Origin: Felis catus
Lineage: Eukaryota
Assembly (NCBI RefSeq): GCF_018350175.1
Contig: NC_058368.1
Location: 96,040,001-96,104,000 of the forward strand
DNA length: 64,000 nt
Direction of reading: 5' to 3'
The notes under the pieces were generated by a model. The model made no database searches. It was given only the letters and a program-made list of their open reading frames with translations, and was not told the origin of the DNA. Positions 62,012-64,000 of this stretch are shown here, piece by piece (the stretch's first letter is position 1; each line of letters opens with the position of its first letter). The position numbers and the translations under genes are program-made.

Positions 62012-63427
62012 ATCTTTTTGGGAGGACTCTCCGTGCTTCCTAGACCTGGATATCTTTTTCGTTTCCCAGGTTAGAAAAGTATTGAGCTATCAATGCTTCA
62101 AATAAATTTTCTTCCCTTTTATGTCTCTCCTCCTTATGGGACCCCTACAGTGTGAATATTAATTTGCTAGATGTTGTTCCATGGGTCCTATAATCTATCC
62201 TCATTTTTTATATTCTTTTTTTTTTTTTTTAATGCTGTTCAGCTTCTGTGATTTCCACTACACCGTCTTCCAGGTCGTTGATCTGTTTCTCCTCATCCTC
62301 CCCTCTCCTGTTAATTACTTCAAAAGCATTTTTTATTTCAGGTAATGTGCTCAGCTCTGTGTTTTTTTTTTTCCTTTTCTTTTTTTGTATTTTCTGTCTT
62401 GTTTGAAGTTCTCACTGAATTCATCCACTCTTCTCTCAAATTGTGTAAATATCGGCAGGACCATAACTTTGAACTCTTTATCAGGTAGTTTACTTATCTC
62501 CATTTTGTTTAATTCTGTTTCTGAGGTTTTATCTTGTTCTTTTATAGAACACATTCCTCTTTCTCTTCACTTTGACTTTATGTATTCCTTTCTAAGAGTT
62601 AGGCAGAACTGTTACCTCTTCCATTACTGAAGGAGTGGTCTGATGTAAGAATGTCCCATCTTATGTGTGCCTGGAGGCTTTGACTGGGTGGCTGCAGCTA
62701 CAACAAGTGTGGGCTATGGGTCCGGGGAGCTCTGTGATGGGAACCCCCTAGCAGATAGCTGGAGCTGAAACAAGAGTAAGCTAGAACACTGCCTGCATAG
62801 GTCACCCTGGTGGTTTAGCTGGAGTTAGAGTAGGTGCAGGCCAGGGGAGCACCTTGGGTAGATAGTTGAGTACTGGTTTGGGCTACATGCCTGGGGCTTG
62901 CTGTGATGGCTGGAGTAGGCCACTTAGAATGCCTGGACCCTGTTCCTATTTTCAGTGTTGGGGGGGGGGGGCATAAACAATGGTGCTCACCTGTGCTTCC
63001 AGTCCGAGAGAGAATTCTTGTAGTTTCCTCACCATTTTGTGGGCATGCTAGGACTACTAAATGGACTTTCTCCACTAATAGTCTGGTTGTCCTTTAAACT
63101 ACTGTTTGTTGGTTGGTTTTTTTCTCCCTTTGCTACAGAACAGGGGAATCTGTGTGAAAGCCCCTCAGTGATATCCCTGCCTACTGCAGGTAGTAGCATT
63201 AGGATTTGTTTGGGTTCCCATCATAAGCAGTACAGTAAGCCCTCAGTCCTTTTTCAGGAGGAGATTATTTATATATAGGTATACATTCACTGTGTCCATG
63301 AAGGAGATGACTTCAGAGTCTTTTTATCCACCATCTTGGTTGGCCTCCTCTTATCTTCTCTGTCTCAGTACCTACCACCCCACCCAGCCTTCAAGCATCT
63401 CTGTATTTGGTAGCTGATTTTTAATGG

Positions 63428-63650
63428 GAAGCAGTGTAGAAACATAAACTATAGACTGGAGTACCTACATCCTAACCCTGAGACCATCTGACTCCAAGCT
63501 CTTTGGCTGTGGTTGGGTTACTTATCTTCTCTAAGTCTCAACTTTTCTCACCCATAAAATGGGGATAATAACTCATATGGCATTGTGAGAATTCCGTGTT
63601 TGATCAGTTCTTGGAACCATAACTCACATGTAATTCAGGTAAATATTAGA
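63428..63650 (+). mobile_element. MIR SINE
   Basis: GTTACTTATCTTCTCTAAGTCTCAACTTTTCTCACCCATAAAATGGGGATAATA core. Confidence 0.8.
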
Positions 63651-64000
63651 TATAATAAGTATGAGTTGTTCTGGAAAGTCCTATGGCCCAACTTTTAAAG
63701 CTCCTAGACATATCAGCTATAGTCAGGTTAGCTGCAGATGGTTCAAGAAGCTATAGGGCATTTTTAGCCATGGTGGATGGCTGAAAAATTGCTAGAACTA
63801 CCTTTTTATCTAAATTATATTTCCAACTGCTTTCATGTCAAGGAGCAAAATCCTGGTAAAAAGTACTTTTCCCAGAAGTCTTTATGAGGGCATTATTTGG
63901 TTTTATAAAGAGTTCAATTACCTGGGTCGAAATTAGAATATATTTTTTAAAAATATATATTTAAAAAAATTTATTTAGAACCCAGCTCTCTCTCTCTTTC

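Larger units (their letters stand above)
56508..63350 (-). mobile_element. Older carnivore-type L1, apparently full length, decayed
   Basis: 3' end TTTCAGGTATATAACATAGTGAT; ORF2 scraps; ORF1 scrap 62351-62554 (ETELNKMEISKLPDKEFKVM); GC-richer 5' UTR from about 62640; minus-strand start GAGGAGGCCAACCAAGATGGTGG typical of L1 5' ends. Confidence 0.9.

Noticed and set aside
61936..62012. CRISPR-like or satellite array
   Set aside because: Head-to-tail units without spacers in a mammalian L1; only three good copies

Overview
Mammalian, repeat-rich, AT-rich non-coding DNA, almost certainly from a cat-family genome (young SINEC_Fc-type CanSINEs and L1_Fc-type LINE-1). I recognise no protein-coding gene, RNA gene or CpG island. 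All long ORFs are LINE-1 ORF2 remnants or read-through of simple repeats and SINEs. About half of the window is L1: three young 5'-truncated felid copies, two older carnivore-type copies (one apparently full length) and one near-full-length ancient L1MC-type copy. The rest includes about 27 CanSINEs, an ERV1-type solo LTR, an ERV-L integrase/dUTPase fossil, MIR, L2, MER5 and MER63 relics, and many microsatellites. I did not find a new biological system. The most notable oddities concern retroelement mechanics: a 663-bp perfectly identical tract shared by two otherwise diverged neighbouring L1s, a composite SINE-linker-miniSINE inside one target-site duplication (TSD), a tailless SINE head with TSDs, and a recent perfect 120-bp duplication with a templated junction. 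A strong minus-strand L1 bias hints that the window lies in an intron of a + strand gene. Subfamily names come from recalled consensus motifs, not from a database search.
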